Positions 8,931 to 17,671 of a stretch of 64,000 nucleotides of DNA are shown here, in pieces. This DNA is from Aquamicrobium sp. GTDB lineage: Bacteria; Pseudomonadota; Alphaproteobacteria; Rhizobiales; Rhizobiaceae. Each line of letters starts with the position of its first letter. Position 1 is the stretch's first letter. The stretch spans positions 5,566 through 69,565 of the forward strand of contig JBLJBS010000012.1 of assembly GCA_047637695.1 (NCBI GenBank). The letters are read 5' to 3'. The notes below the pieces were generated by a model, which worked only from the letters and a program-made list of their open reading frames with translations, was not told the origin of the DNA and ran no database searches. Both the position numbers and the translations under genes were made by a program.

Positions 8931-10178
8931 TCAGGATATGCCGCGTCTGGCGAACAGGACGCAAAGAAAGCCGGAAAGCAGGGACGCCGCAGCAAGCATC
9001 AGCAGCCCCGGCGTCCACGATGATGTCAGGTCAGTGAGATAACCGAAGGCGAATGGCCCCGTGCTAGTGCCGAGCGAATTTGCAAGCGCACCGAAGCTGG
9101 TGGATACACCGACACGGTTGGCCCCGCCGATTTCGCCAATGACCGCGTAATAGAGCCCCGACCACGAGTTCACGATGCCGAAGCCGATGGCAATCACAGT
9201 CAGGCTCCAGCCTTCCCCCTTTGTGAACGGGAGAAGAAAAGCCAGCAGCGCCACACCGAGCGCCCCGGTTATGATGTAGGTGCCGAGAAACATCCGGCGT
9301 CCCGTGGAGCCGAAGCGATCCGAGGCGACGCCGACCATCGGCCGTGCGAAGACCGAAATCAGTTGGGCGACTGCAAGATAGAACCCGGCCACCACGGCCG
9401 TGACCCCAATGTCGACCAAAATGGGGATAAAGAAATTCAGAAGCGCGATGGTCAGCGCGCCATGGGTGAAACCGATAAAACCCACCAGCAATGGGACCAG
9501 TTTCCGCGCGGGTTCCAGAACGTGAACCAGTCTTGGTGGCTCAACCGCGATTTCCGGCGCATCTTTTTTTCTTGCCGGCTCGCGATAGATCAGCAGCACG
9601 GAAATCACGATCACCATCGTCATGATGGCGGCGATAATGAAGCCGCTTCTCCATCCATAGGCAGCGCAGACAACAGGAAGAAGCGCAGCATTGAGCGCGG
9701 AGCCGGCCGGGATGCCGCCTTGCTTTACGCCAACCGCCAAGCCGAGTTCGCGCGGCGGAAACCAGAGAAACGTCCCCTTCTGCGTCAGAGGATTGAGAAA
9801 GCTCAGGCCGACGCCCAGAAGCACCGCAAGCAGGAACAGCGCCTCGAAGCTGCCTGCGGTCGAAGACAGCAGGAGGCAGCCGGCAAGCAGCGCGCCACAA
9901 ACCAGGGTCGAGACCCGCACGCCCCACAGATCGACGAGATAACCGGAAAGCAGGTTGAACAGCAGCGCACCCAGAAAAGGCGCGCCGCCCAGCATGCCGA
10001 TCTGGGTCGCCGTCAGGCCGATGTCGATCGCGATGAAGGAGGAAATCGCCGGATAGAGGAAATTCCCGATGCCGCTCAGTCCCATCAGGAGAAAGAAAAT
10101 GAGCAGGATCGCCCATCGGAATCGATCCGCAGCGCCGGTCCATAGTGGCTGGTTCACGTCAGTCGGCGACCACTTCAA
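8931..10178 (-). CDS. MFS transporter
   Basis: ~12 hydrophobic segments; GYLVDLWGVR and GVASDRFG loop motifs; start uncertain. Confidence 0.88.
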   Translation of the reverse strand: MKWSPTDVNQPLWTGAADRFRWAILLIFFLLMGLSGIGNFLYPAISSFIAIDIGLTATQIGMLGGAPFLGALLFNLLSGYLVDLWGVRVSTLVCGALLAGCLLLSSTAGSFEALFLLAVLLGVGLSFLNPLTQKGTFLWFPPRELGLAVGVKQGGIPAGSALNAALLPVVCAAYGWRSGFIIAAIMTMVIVISVLLIYREPARKKDAPEIAVEPPRLVHVLEPARKLVPLLVGFIGFTHGALTIALLNFFIPILVDIGVTAVVAGFYLAVAQLISVFARPMVGVASDRFGSTGRRMFLGTYIITGALGVALLAFLLPFTKGEGWSLTVIAIGFGIVNSWSGLYYAVIGEIGGANRVGVSTSFGALANSLGTSTGPFAFGYLTDLTSSWTPGLLMLAAASLLSGFLCVLFARRGIS

Positions 10179-10569
10179 AGCGCAGCAGCGAGACTTCGTC
10201 CGTGACCGGATCGAAGATGGCGCGCACGCGCTGCCCGATCCGGATGTCCTCCCATGCGCGATTGGTCACGTTCGCAATGAAGGCGGGGCCTTCAGCCAGT
10301 TGCACCATCACGACATTGTAGGGCACGTCGTCCTCGAAACCCTTGTCATAGATGTGGTGAAAGCGGCAGCGTGACCAGATTGTCCCTTCGCCTGACGCAT
10401 CCTTCCACGTCACATTCGTGGAAAGGCATTGCGGACATACCGGCGACGGCGGAAACCACCAATGGCTGCAATCGTCGCAATTCTGCATATGCAGCCGGCC
10501 CTGCCGCGCTCCATCCCAGAATGGCTTGCTCCAGCGATCGATCGCGGGAAGAGGCTTGTCGTATGCCAT
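10159..10569 (-). CDS. DUF35 Zn-ribbon/OB-fold protein
   Basis: PFWDGA...CDDC...PPSPVCPQC...PYNVVMVQLAEG; follows thiolase-fold gene. Confidence 0.92.
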   Translation of the reverse strand: MAYDKPLPAIDRWSKPFWDGARQGRLHMQNCDDCSHWWFPPSPVCPQCLSTNVTWKDASGEGTIWSRCRFHHIYDKGFEDDVPYNVVMVQLAEGPAFIANVTNRAWEDIRIGQRVRAIFDPVTDEVSLLRFEVVAD

Positions 10570-10574
10570 GGCTT

Positions 10575-11690
10575 TTACCTCCGGTAGATCACGGAAGAGG
10601 CGATCGCGGCCGAGCACATGTACTGGATGTGCGAAGCGTCCTTGATCTGTCGCTCGTCGCATTGGTGACGAAGCTGGCGCACGGCTTCGGCATTGAGCGC
10701 CCAACCCTGCATGTAGCTTTCGGAAAGATGCCCGCCATTCGTGTTGAGGGGCAGTGCGCCGTCATGAGCGATCCGGCCGCCCTGGATGAAATCGGGCGCT
10801 TCGCCTTGCTTGCAGAAGCCGTAACCCTCCAGGGTGTAAAACACGTTGGGCGCGAAATTGTCGTAGATCATCAGGCCCGACATGTCCTCGCGATCGACGC
10901 CGGCCATCGGGTATATGCGGTCGCTAATACTCGCCATCGCCGCCCGCCAATGGTCCATGGGCGGCGTCGACACGGTTTCCATCTTCGTCGCCGTCGCGAC
11001 GCCGGAGATATAGACCGGCGGTTGCCTCAGATCCTTCGCGCGGTCGGCGGTCGTCAGGATCATCACCACTGCGCCGTCATTGATCAGGCAGTAATCGAAC
11101 AGACGCAACGGCTCGACAATGAAGCGGGCTGCCATGTAGTCGTCGAGCGTCAGCGGCTTCTTCATCACCGCATCCGGGTTCATTTGAGCATGCTTGCGGA
11201 AGGTCAGCGCGACCGTCGCGAGTTTCTCCGCAGAAACGTTGTAGCGATGCCGGTAGCGCTCGTAGAGCAGCGCGTGTTCTGCACCCGGCGATGTCATGCC
11301 GAAAGGCGCCCAGAGCCCTGCCCCGCCCCCATAATAGTCCCGCACGCTGCGCCCGTTGTTGCCATACACCAGGGCGACGTATTTTGCCTGGCCGCTCAAC
11401 AGCCCGGCCACCCCGTTCTGGATGGCGACGCCGCACATGCGCCCATGCCTTGGAAGCGGAACGACATAGTCCGGATTTATTCCGAGAACTTCCGACGCGC
11501 GGGTGTAGAGACCGAGACGGTGGGTGACCAAGCCGTCGATTTGCTCCTTTACAAGCCCCGCATCGTCCAGTGCGCGCTTGAAGGCCAGCGCCATCTGAGA
11601 ATAGTCGTCATATTCCGGAAAGCTGCCGAAGGGGCTGTTGGCGACTCCCACCACTGCGATCTTGTCGCGTATGCTGCCATAATCCGTCAT
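10575..11690 (-). CDS. Thiolase-superfamily (SCP2/Ltp2-like) protein, probable aldolase
   Basis: PLRLFDYCLINDGA, MIYDNF, NTNGGHLSESYMQG, EAVRQLR motifs. Confidence 0.88.
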   Translation of the reverse strand: MTDYGSIRDKIAVVGVANSPFGSFPEYDDYSQMALAFKRALDDAGLVKEQIDGLVTHRLGLYTRASEVLGINPDYVVPLPRHGRMCGVAIQNGVAGLLSGQAKYVALVYGNNGRSVRDYYGGGAGLWAPFGMTSPGAEHALLYERYRHRYNVSAEKLATVALTFRKHAQMNPDAVMKKPLTLDDYMAARFIVEPLRLFDYCLINDGAVVMILTTADRAKDLRQPPVYISGVATATKMETVSTPPMDHWRAAMASISDRIYPMAGVDREDMSGLMIYDNFAPNVFYTLEGYGFCKQGEAPDFIQGGRIAHDGALPLNTNGGHLSESYMQGWALNAEAVRQLRHQCDERQIKDASHIQYMCSAAIASSVIYRR

Positions 11691-13093
11691 GCTGTCGCTC
11701 TCCTCCGATCGTGGCCCGCCTGATTTGCCGCAAGTGCCTCGAGAAGCGGCCCGCAGTTCTCCGCCGTTTCCAGCAGACCGACTTCGGTGCGCACTCTCTC
11801 CGCGCCTTCTTTTCCGAGCACAGGCGCGGCCATCGCGATGAATTTTTCGATGATCTTTTCCGCAGGCGTGACGCCGGGCTCGCCCAGCGGCCTGTCGCGT
11901 TCGACGCGGAAAACCTCGCCCTTGCTTGTCCTGATCTCGACCGACACGGGCCACTCGAGCGGGTAACGTCGTTCATACCCTTCATCAAGGGCATGGGTGA
12001 CCCGCCGCATGATGTCGCGGATCTCGGGTCTGGCCAGTTCGGCATCCGAGAACACGTCGCCAGCGATCACCTCATGCCCGAGCAGCGCCTGGGCTATGGC
12101 GAAGGGCGTGGAGAGCCGCGCCTCGCCCGCATTGGCGGGATCGCTGATATTCATGCGCAGCGCCTCGCCATAGGTCTCGACATGCACGGCGTCGACATCC
12201 GTCGCGATCAGTCCGTGCCGTGTGCGCAGGTCGATGACCCCGTCGACGGCCGCATGCCAGTGACGGCAACCGCTGTGGAACTTGAACCCGACCTCGGCCA
12301 GCTCGTACTCGACGCCGAGCTTGGCACACACCAGTTCGGGCTGAATCTCGTCCGTCGTTGCGCGGAAGAAGCCTTCCGGGCCTTCGAGAAGCGCGTCGGC
12401 CCCCGCCATGCCGTCGGCCGCGAGCCGGGCGGCCATGACGCCTGCCTGCGCGCCACGGCCCACTGCCAGCTTGCCTGCCGCATAGGAGCGGAAAAGTGCC
12501 TCCTGAAGACCGGCTCCCAGATTGCCGGCGATCGCCAGCGCAGCCGACGTCTGCCGCGCATCGAGGCGCATCAGCCGCGCGGCAGCGGCCGCCGCCCCGA
12601 ACGGGGCCGTCAGCGCGGTTATATGGAAGCCGCGCTTCGCCAGTCCGGGCATGACGCCTCTGCCGACACGGATCATCACCTCGTAACCCGCAACGACCGC
12701 AGCCAGCATGTCTGCACCCGATGCGCCGGCTGCAGGCGCTGCCGCAAGGACGGCAGGGACAACAGCGCAGGCGGGATGCGACATCGAACGAACGGCCGTG
12801 TCGTCCAGCGACGTCGATTGCCCGAGATAGGCGTTCATAAGGGCCGCCGCGCCTGGCGAAAGACGCTCGGAGCGTCCCAGCACAAGGCAATCTCCGACAT
12901 TGCCCTCGGCTTTCAGCCAGGCCAGCACCTGTTCCGTTCCGTCGCGTGTCGCATCGGTGCCGAAGCTGTCGGCGCGCAGCGCGACACCGCAATAGTCGAG
13001 AAGACAAAGCTTCGCCTTGTCGCGCACGGCGACCGGAATGTCCGCGCCGCCTATCGCGCAGGACCATGAGCCGAGTTCAGAGAGCAGGGTCAC
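11687..13093 (-). CDS. MmgE/PrpD family protein
   Basis: LLDYCGVAL, LDDT...SHP, VVAGYEV, RGFH.TA, KFHSGCRHWH motifs; GTG start overlaps upstream stop. Confidence 0.9.
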   Translation of the reverse strand: MTLLSELGSWSCAIGGADIPVAVRDKAKLCLLDYCGVALRADSFGTDATRDGTEQVLAWLKAEGNVGDCLVLGRSERLSPGAAALMNAYLGQSTSLDDTAVRSMSHPACAVVPAVLAAAPAAGASGADMLAAVVAGYEVMIRVGRGVMPGLAKRGFHITALTAPFGAAAAAARLMRLDARQTSAALAIAGNLGAGLQEALFRSYAAGKLAVGRGAQAGVMAARLAADGMAGADALLEGPEGFFRATTDEIQPELVCAKLGVEYELAEVGFKFHSGCRHWHAAVDGVIDLRTRHGLIATDVDAVHVETYGEALRMNISDPANAGEARLSTPFAIAQALLGHEVIAGDVFSDAELARPEIRDIMRRVTHALDEGYERRYPLEWPVSVEIRTSKGEVFRVERDRPLGEPGVTPAEKIIEKFIAMAAPVLGKEGAERVRTEVGLLETAENCGPLLEALAANQAGHDRRRATA

Positions 13094-13503
13094 GCTTCCC
13101 GTGCCTCCAGCCTGAGCACCGGAAGCGCCAACCCCTCGATCCGCTCGAATGCGATTCTCACGGGTTGGCCGATTTCGAGCGCCTGACCTGGCTTTTCGCT
13201 CAGAGGCGCGATGAAACGGACCCCTTCCTCCAGATCCGCCTGGATGATGGTGTAGGGAACCGCGTCTTCGAATGCCGGATGAAAGGCACGGTGATAAATG
13301 CACCAGCTGCTGATGCTTCCACGTCCATTCATCGGCACCCACTCGGAATCTTCGCTAAGGCAGCGAGGGCAGAGATCCGCGGGCACGGGTCGGATATGGT
13401 CGCAGCCGCAGCAACGCTGGAGACGCAGTTCCCCACGCTTCACCGCATCCCAGTAGGGCTTGTTCTCCGGCGTGATGACAGGCATCGGGCGCTCGCTGCT
13501 CAT
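13090..13503 (-). CDS. DUF35 Zn-ribbon/OB-fold protein
   Basis: PYWDA..GELRLQRCCGC...CPRC...PYTIIQADLEEG. Confidence 0.92.
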   Translation of the reverse strand: MSSERPMPVITPENKPYWDAVKRGELRLQRCCGCDHIRPVPADLCPRCLSEDSEWVPMNGRGSISSWCIYHRAFHPAFEDAVPYTIIQADLEEGVRFIAPLSEKPGQALEIGQPVRIAFERIEGLALPVLRLEAREA

Positions 13504-13506
13504 CTT

Positions 13507-14679
13507 CTACCTCCGAAGAATGAGGGCGTCGCCGACACACCCTCCCCACTGCACGATTTCGGCATCCCTGATCTGCCGCTCGCCGCACTCGCCACGCAGC
13601 TGGCGCACCATCTCGACCACGCAGTTTGCGCCCGACACATGCGCCTCCGAATGGACGCCGCCGCTGGTGTTGACGGGCAGACGGCCGCCCAGCTCTATGC
13701 CGCCATCCTCGACGAAGGCTCCGGCTTCGCCGGCCCCGCAGATGCCGAAGCGTTCGAGGGCGAAAAGGATCAGCACCGTGAAGGGATCGAAGGTGTAGAA
13801 GCCGTCTATATCTTCCTGCGAGACACCCGCCATGCGGTAGACCGTCTGGTCGCGCCGAGCGGTGAATTGCCCCGCGGGCTGATAAAGAGCGCCCATGCCG
13901 GGACGGGAGAAGACGAACTCGCTGGGGCCCATAGCCATGCCCTGAAAGCCGGAAATGAGCGCCGGCGCTTTCGGTGCATCGGCAGCCCGCTCGGCGCTGG
14001 TGACGATAATGCAGCAAGCGCCTTCCGTGTTCGGACCGACATCGAGCAATCGAAGCGGATCGACGAGCATCGGCGACGCCAGATAGTCATCGATGGTGAT
14101 GCGCTTGGGCATGGTCGCATTGGGATTGAGCGATGCGTGGCGGCGCAGCGCGACGCTGAGCGCCCCTTGCTGGCGATCCGTCAGGCCGTAGAGCTCGCGG
14201 TAGCGCCGCGTGGCCAAGGCCGCGCCGACCATCGTCGTCAGCATGCCGTAATAGGGCACCTCGCCATGCGGCCCGCCGCGGCTGCGCTTTGCCTCGTTGT
14301 GCCGGTTGCTCTGCCCTTCCGGCTTCAGATAGCCGGAGACGACGAAGACCGCCACCGTCTTTGTCATGCCCGATGCAACAGCCATGGCGGCATGCTGAAC
14401 GGCGGTCGCCATCAGCCGCGAATGCGTCCAGGTCTGGGTGGTGAAGCTCGACTCGATTCCCAACCCATTGACCAGATCGTCAATGTCGATGCCACTAGGC
14501 TGGCCGAGCACATTGATGACGCCGTCGATCTCGTCGCGACTCATACCCGCATCATCGAGCGCCATCTTGAAGGCATCGGCCGCCAGCAGCAGATTCGAGC
14601 GAAGCGGCTTGCGGCTGAATACGCTCGAACCGACCCCAACTATCGCGGTCTTGTCTCGCATCGAATATTCGCTCGTCAT
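13507..14679 (-). CDS. Thiolase-superfamily (SCP2/Ltp2-like) protein with divergent active site
   Basis: TAIVGVG, PLRLLD, YTFDPF, NTSGGVHSEAH, EMVRQLRG; start 14679 or 14661. Confidence 0.88.
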   Translation of the reverse strand: MTSEYSMRDKTAIVGVGSSVFSRKPLRSNLLLAADAFKMALDDAGMSRDEIDGVINVLGQPSGIDIDDLVNGLGIESSFTTQTWTHSRLMATAVQHAAMAVASGMTKTVAVFVVSGYLKPEGQSNRHNEAKRSRGGPHGEVPYYGMLTTMVGAALATRRYRELYGLTDRQQGALSVALRRHASLNPNATMPKRITIDDYLASPMLVDPLRLLDVGPNTEGACCIIVTSAERAADAPKAPALISGFQGMAMGPSEFVFSRPGMGALYQPAGQFTARRDQTVYRMAGVSQEDIDGFYTFDPFTVLILFALERFGICGAGEAGAFVEDGGIELGGRLPVNTSGGVHSEAHVSGANCVVEMVRQLRGECGERQIRDAEIVQWGGCVGDALILRR

Positions 14680-14683
14680 GGGA

Positions 14684-14827
14684 TCAAGCGCGGCTGAAAG
14701 GTGAAAGGACGAGGGAAAATCGCGACCCGGGCACAGATGGGCCAATCAGTCGCAACCGCACGGGACCATGCGACGCCACATGGCTGCACAACGCTTCAGC
14801 CGTCTCAAGGCGGCGCAAATCGGGCAT
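14684..14827 (-). CDS. Candidate 47-aa small protein heading the thiolase operon
   Basis: Strong SD GGGAGGGAGGA before ATG; stop 4 nt upstream of thiolase ATG; no recognisable family. Confidence 0.4.
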   Translation of the reverse strand: MPDLRRLETAEALCSHVASHGPVRLRLIGPSVPGSRFSLVLSPFSRA

Positions 14828-14932
14828 GATTCCTCCCTCCCGCGCGACGCACCCTCCCAGGTGGCCGGCGAAATATTCAAGTCGCTGCAAAAGGACTTTT
14901 CAGGACAAAACTAAATCGACCGCAGGCTCGGC

Positions 14933-14973
14933 CAAACGGCTAAATACAGATAAGGATTATGCCGTCGCGAGAT
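14933..14973 (-). promoter_or_regulatory. LysR-type operator/promoter copy 1 (thiolase operon)
   Basis: Minus strand ATCTCGCGACGGCAT-AATCCT-TATCTGTATTTAGCCGTT; T-N11-A core; matches sites at 16099 and 17361. Confidence 0.7.
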
Positions 14974-14979
14974 AGGCCA

Positions 14980-15960
14980 TCAGCCCTGCCAGGAGGGAAC
15001 CTTCGGGCGGGAGATAAGCTGGAAATATTCCTTCGGAAGTTCGCCGCTTTCGGAGTAATTCTGTAAGGCATCCTTCAGATAAACGATCATTTTGCGCATG
15101 GCGGCGGTCACCGGCCGGTCGCTCCGCGTCACGATCGAGACATCAGTCCTGATGCCGGGCGCCCGCAGCGGAGCCACCCTGACCTCGCCGCGCAATACGG
15201 CAGAATGCGTCGCGGTGTAGGCGATGACGGTGCAACCAGCGCCCTCATGCACAAGCGCCGTGATGATGCCGATGCTGTCCGCCTCGAGCACGACGTTCGG
15301 GCTGAAGCCGCGCGTCGCCGACTCCCGGTCGATCAGCACCCTCTGCGCATGGCCGACACTGGTCAGGATCAGGGGCAGCGTCGCGAGATCGTCCAGATCG
15401 TAGACATCCTTCTCGGGGATTCCCAGCCGACGCATGGCGTCGGACGAGGGGGGAAGCACGACAACCATCTGCCCGAAGACGAGCGGCTCGACGACCAGAT
15501 TAGGCCCCGACCAGGGGCTGTGCATCACCGCAAGGTCAATCCGGTCTTTATTCAGCCAGTCGCTTACAAAGCCGCTCATGCCTGATCGGACATGGACGCG
15601 CACGTCCGGGAAATTTGCGGCGTAGCGGGCGAGGACGCGTGGCATCAGCAGTTCGCCGGTGAACGGCAGCACGCCGATCCGAAGCGTCCCCTTCGGCACA
15701 TCGGCGAATTCATGGACATCCCTACGCACGGTCCGTAGTTGTTCGAGGATGGACTCCGCGCGCTGAAGAAACAGTATTCCGGCTTCGGTAAGCTGAAGCC
15801 GCCGATTGCTGCGGATGAGCAGCGCGACGCCCATCTCCTCCTCAAGGCTCTGGACCTGCCGGCTTATGGCGGATTGAGCGACGTGAAGGTGTTCCGCCGC
15901 GCGCGAAAAGGATTCAAGCTGCGCAACCGCAATGAAATATTTGAGTTGTCGCAACTCCAT
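14980..15960 (-). CDS. LysR-family transcriptional regulator
   Basis: MELRQLKYFIAVAQLESFSRAAEHLHVAQSAISRQVQSLEEE HTH; substrate-binding domain follows. Confidence 0.95.
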   Translation of the reverse strand: MELRQLKYFIAVAQLESFSRAAEHLHVAQSAISRQVQSLEEEMGVALLIRSNRRLQLTEAGILFLQRAESILEQLRTVRRDVHEFADVPKGTLRIGVLPFTGELLMPRVLARYAANFPDVRVHVRSGMSGFVSDWLNKDRIDLAVMHSPWSGPNLVVEPLVFGQMVVVLPPSSDAMRRLGIPEKDVYDLDDLATLPLILTSVGHAQRVLIDRESATRGFSPNVVLEADSIGIITALVHEGAGCTVIAYTATHSAVLRGEVRVAPLRAPGIRTDVSIVTRSDRPVTAAMRKMIVYLKDALQNYSESGELPKEYFQLISRPKVPSWQG

Positions 15961-16098
15961 AAAGCCTATCCTGCCCAGCCTGCGGTGTCTGTCGGTTGCG
16001 TGCGCGTGCAAGCGCGTGGAAAATGGCAGACGACAAGATGCAATGCAACGCGGCTCCCGAACCCTACGACCATGCCTTGTATCGGCGCGGCACCCGTC

Positions 16099-16125
16099 AT
16101 CTCGCCATGGCATGGTGACTATCTC
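16099..16125 (+). promoter_or_regulatory. LysR-type operator copy 2 (divergent lysR/MDR region)
   Basis: ATCTCGCCATGGCAT-GGTGAC-TATCTC. Confidence 0.65.
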
Positions 16126-16249
16126 GCTGTCGCGCTTATCCGACCCCGACATCTCGCGCATAACACATCATGAAGATGCGGGCGTCCGTGCTTGACGAGA
16201 AGGGACCTGTCGGCGCGCAGACTTCGCGCGCCTTGCATGGGAGGATGGC

Positions 16250-17263
16250 ATGATGGACGTCTATCGGCTGCGCGGGACCAAAGGCATCGACAGCCTGCAA
16301 CTGCAGTATGCGGCCATTCCCCGGCCCGGACGCGGCGAAGTGCTGGTGCGGATGCGCGCCGCTTCCCTCAATTACCGCGATATCATGATCATCAATGGAG
16401 GCTATGCGCGCGGGAAGCCGAGGGATTTTATCGTCCCGCTGTCCGATGGCGCCGGCGACGTCGTCGAAACCGGTGAAGGTGTGACGCGGGTGCGATCCGG
16501 CGACCGGGTGGTGGCCTCATTCATGCAAGACTGGATCGGCGGCGCGCCGCAGAGCCACTACAACGACAGCGCGCTTGGCGCCTCGATTGATGGAGTGCTC
16601 AGGGAGTATGCGACGTTCAGCGAGAACGGGCTGGTCGCCATCCCGGACAGCATGTCTTTCGAGGAAGCGGCCTGTCTTCCATGCGCGGGCGTGACGGCCT
16701 GGCACGCGCTGTTCGAGGGTGTGGAGATGAAGGCGGGACAGACGCTGCTGACACAGGGCAGCGGCGGTGTTTCGATCTTCTCGCTTCAACTGGCCGCCGC
16801 CCTCGGCATGCGGATCATCGCGACTTCCTCGAGCGAAATGAAGAGAGAAATGCTTCGGAAACTGGGCGCAGCGAACACGATCAACTATCGCGACGATTCG
16901 GACTGGCAGAAGCGCTGCCTCGACATGACGGACGGCAAGGGCGTCGATCACATCGTTCACGTGATTGGCGGCGATGAACTCTGGCGTTCGATCGAGGCCA
17001 CGAGATATGGCGGCGCAATCCATCTCGTGGCTTCAGGCGGCTCGAAGGGAGTACTCCCTTCGTCCATCACACGACGGTTGGTGGTGCTTCGCGGTATCCA
17101 TGTTGGCTCGCGCGAAATGCTCGAGAAGTTGGTCCTGTTTTGCCAGAAACACGCCATCCGGCCGGTCATCGACAGGACTTTCCCCTTTCACGACGCCCGC
17201 CAGGCCTATGAATATCTGCGGTCCGGCTTCCACCTCGGCAAAGTCGTCATCACGTTTCGATAA
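16250..17263 (+). CDS. Medium-chain dehydrogenase/reductase (Zn-independent type, NAD(P)-dependent)
   Basis: ASLNYRD, PLSDGAG, LPCAGVTAW, QGSGGVS, HLGKVVI; lacks the Zn-binding Cys cluster. Confidence 0.9.
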   Translation: MMDVYRLRGTKGIDSLQLQYAAIPRPGRGEVLVRMRAASLNYRDIMIINGGYARGKPRDFIVPLSDGAGDVVETGEGVTRVRSGDRVVASFMQDWIGGAPQSHYNDSALGASIDGVLREYATFSENGLVAIPDSMSFEEAACLPCAGVTAWHALFEGVEMKAGQTLLTQGSGGVSIFSLQLAAALGMRIIATSSSEMKREMLRKLGAANTINYRDDSDWQKRCLDMTDGKGVDHIVHVIGGDELWRSIEATRYGGAIHLVASGGSKGVLPSSITRRLVVLRGIHVGSREMLEKLVLFCQKHAIRPVIDRTFPFHDARQAYEYLRSGFHLGKVVITFR

Positions 17264-17360
17264 AGCGCATTCCGTGAAGCACCCGGCCCGCGATCAGGGC
17301 TCGAAACTGCTCACGCATCGCAGCGCGCGAGACCAGACACCGCCGTTCGATGCGGAACTC

Positions 17361-17400
17361 ATCTCGACGCGGCATAGAAAGTATCTGCATTTGGCAGTTC
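17361..17400 (+). promoter_or_regulatory. LysR-type operator/promoter copy 3 (ABC operon)
   Basis: ATCTCGACGCGGCAT-AGAAAG-TATCTGCATTTGGCAGTT. Confidence 0.7.
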
Positions 17401-17671
17401 TGTGTTCATGCCATCGTGGCTATCGTTCAGCGGCGCAAGGGAGAGGCTGCCAATGAAACAAGCCGGCGTTACGCCGGGATAAAGCCCTTGAGCATGGAGG
17501 AGAACACGATGAGATATTGCGGCAGATAGCACGCATCGCCTCGTAACGATGCGACAGGGCGCACACCGCGCAGGTGTGCGGTTAAGCCCGCGCAGCATAA
17601 TGAGCCGGGAGGTGCGGCTTATCTTCAACGCAGATCAGCTCCAACATCGACGGAGCAACGGGAGGGAATTC

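Noticed and set aside
7388-14679. Secondary-metabolite (PKS/NRPS or phl) biosynthetic cluster
   Set aside because: No carrier protein, ketosynthase, condensation domain or PhlA/HMG-CoA-synthase-like partner; import systems favour catabolism, though this is not fully excluded.
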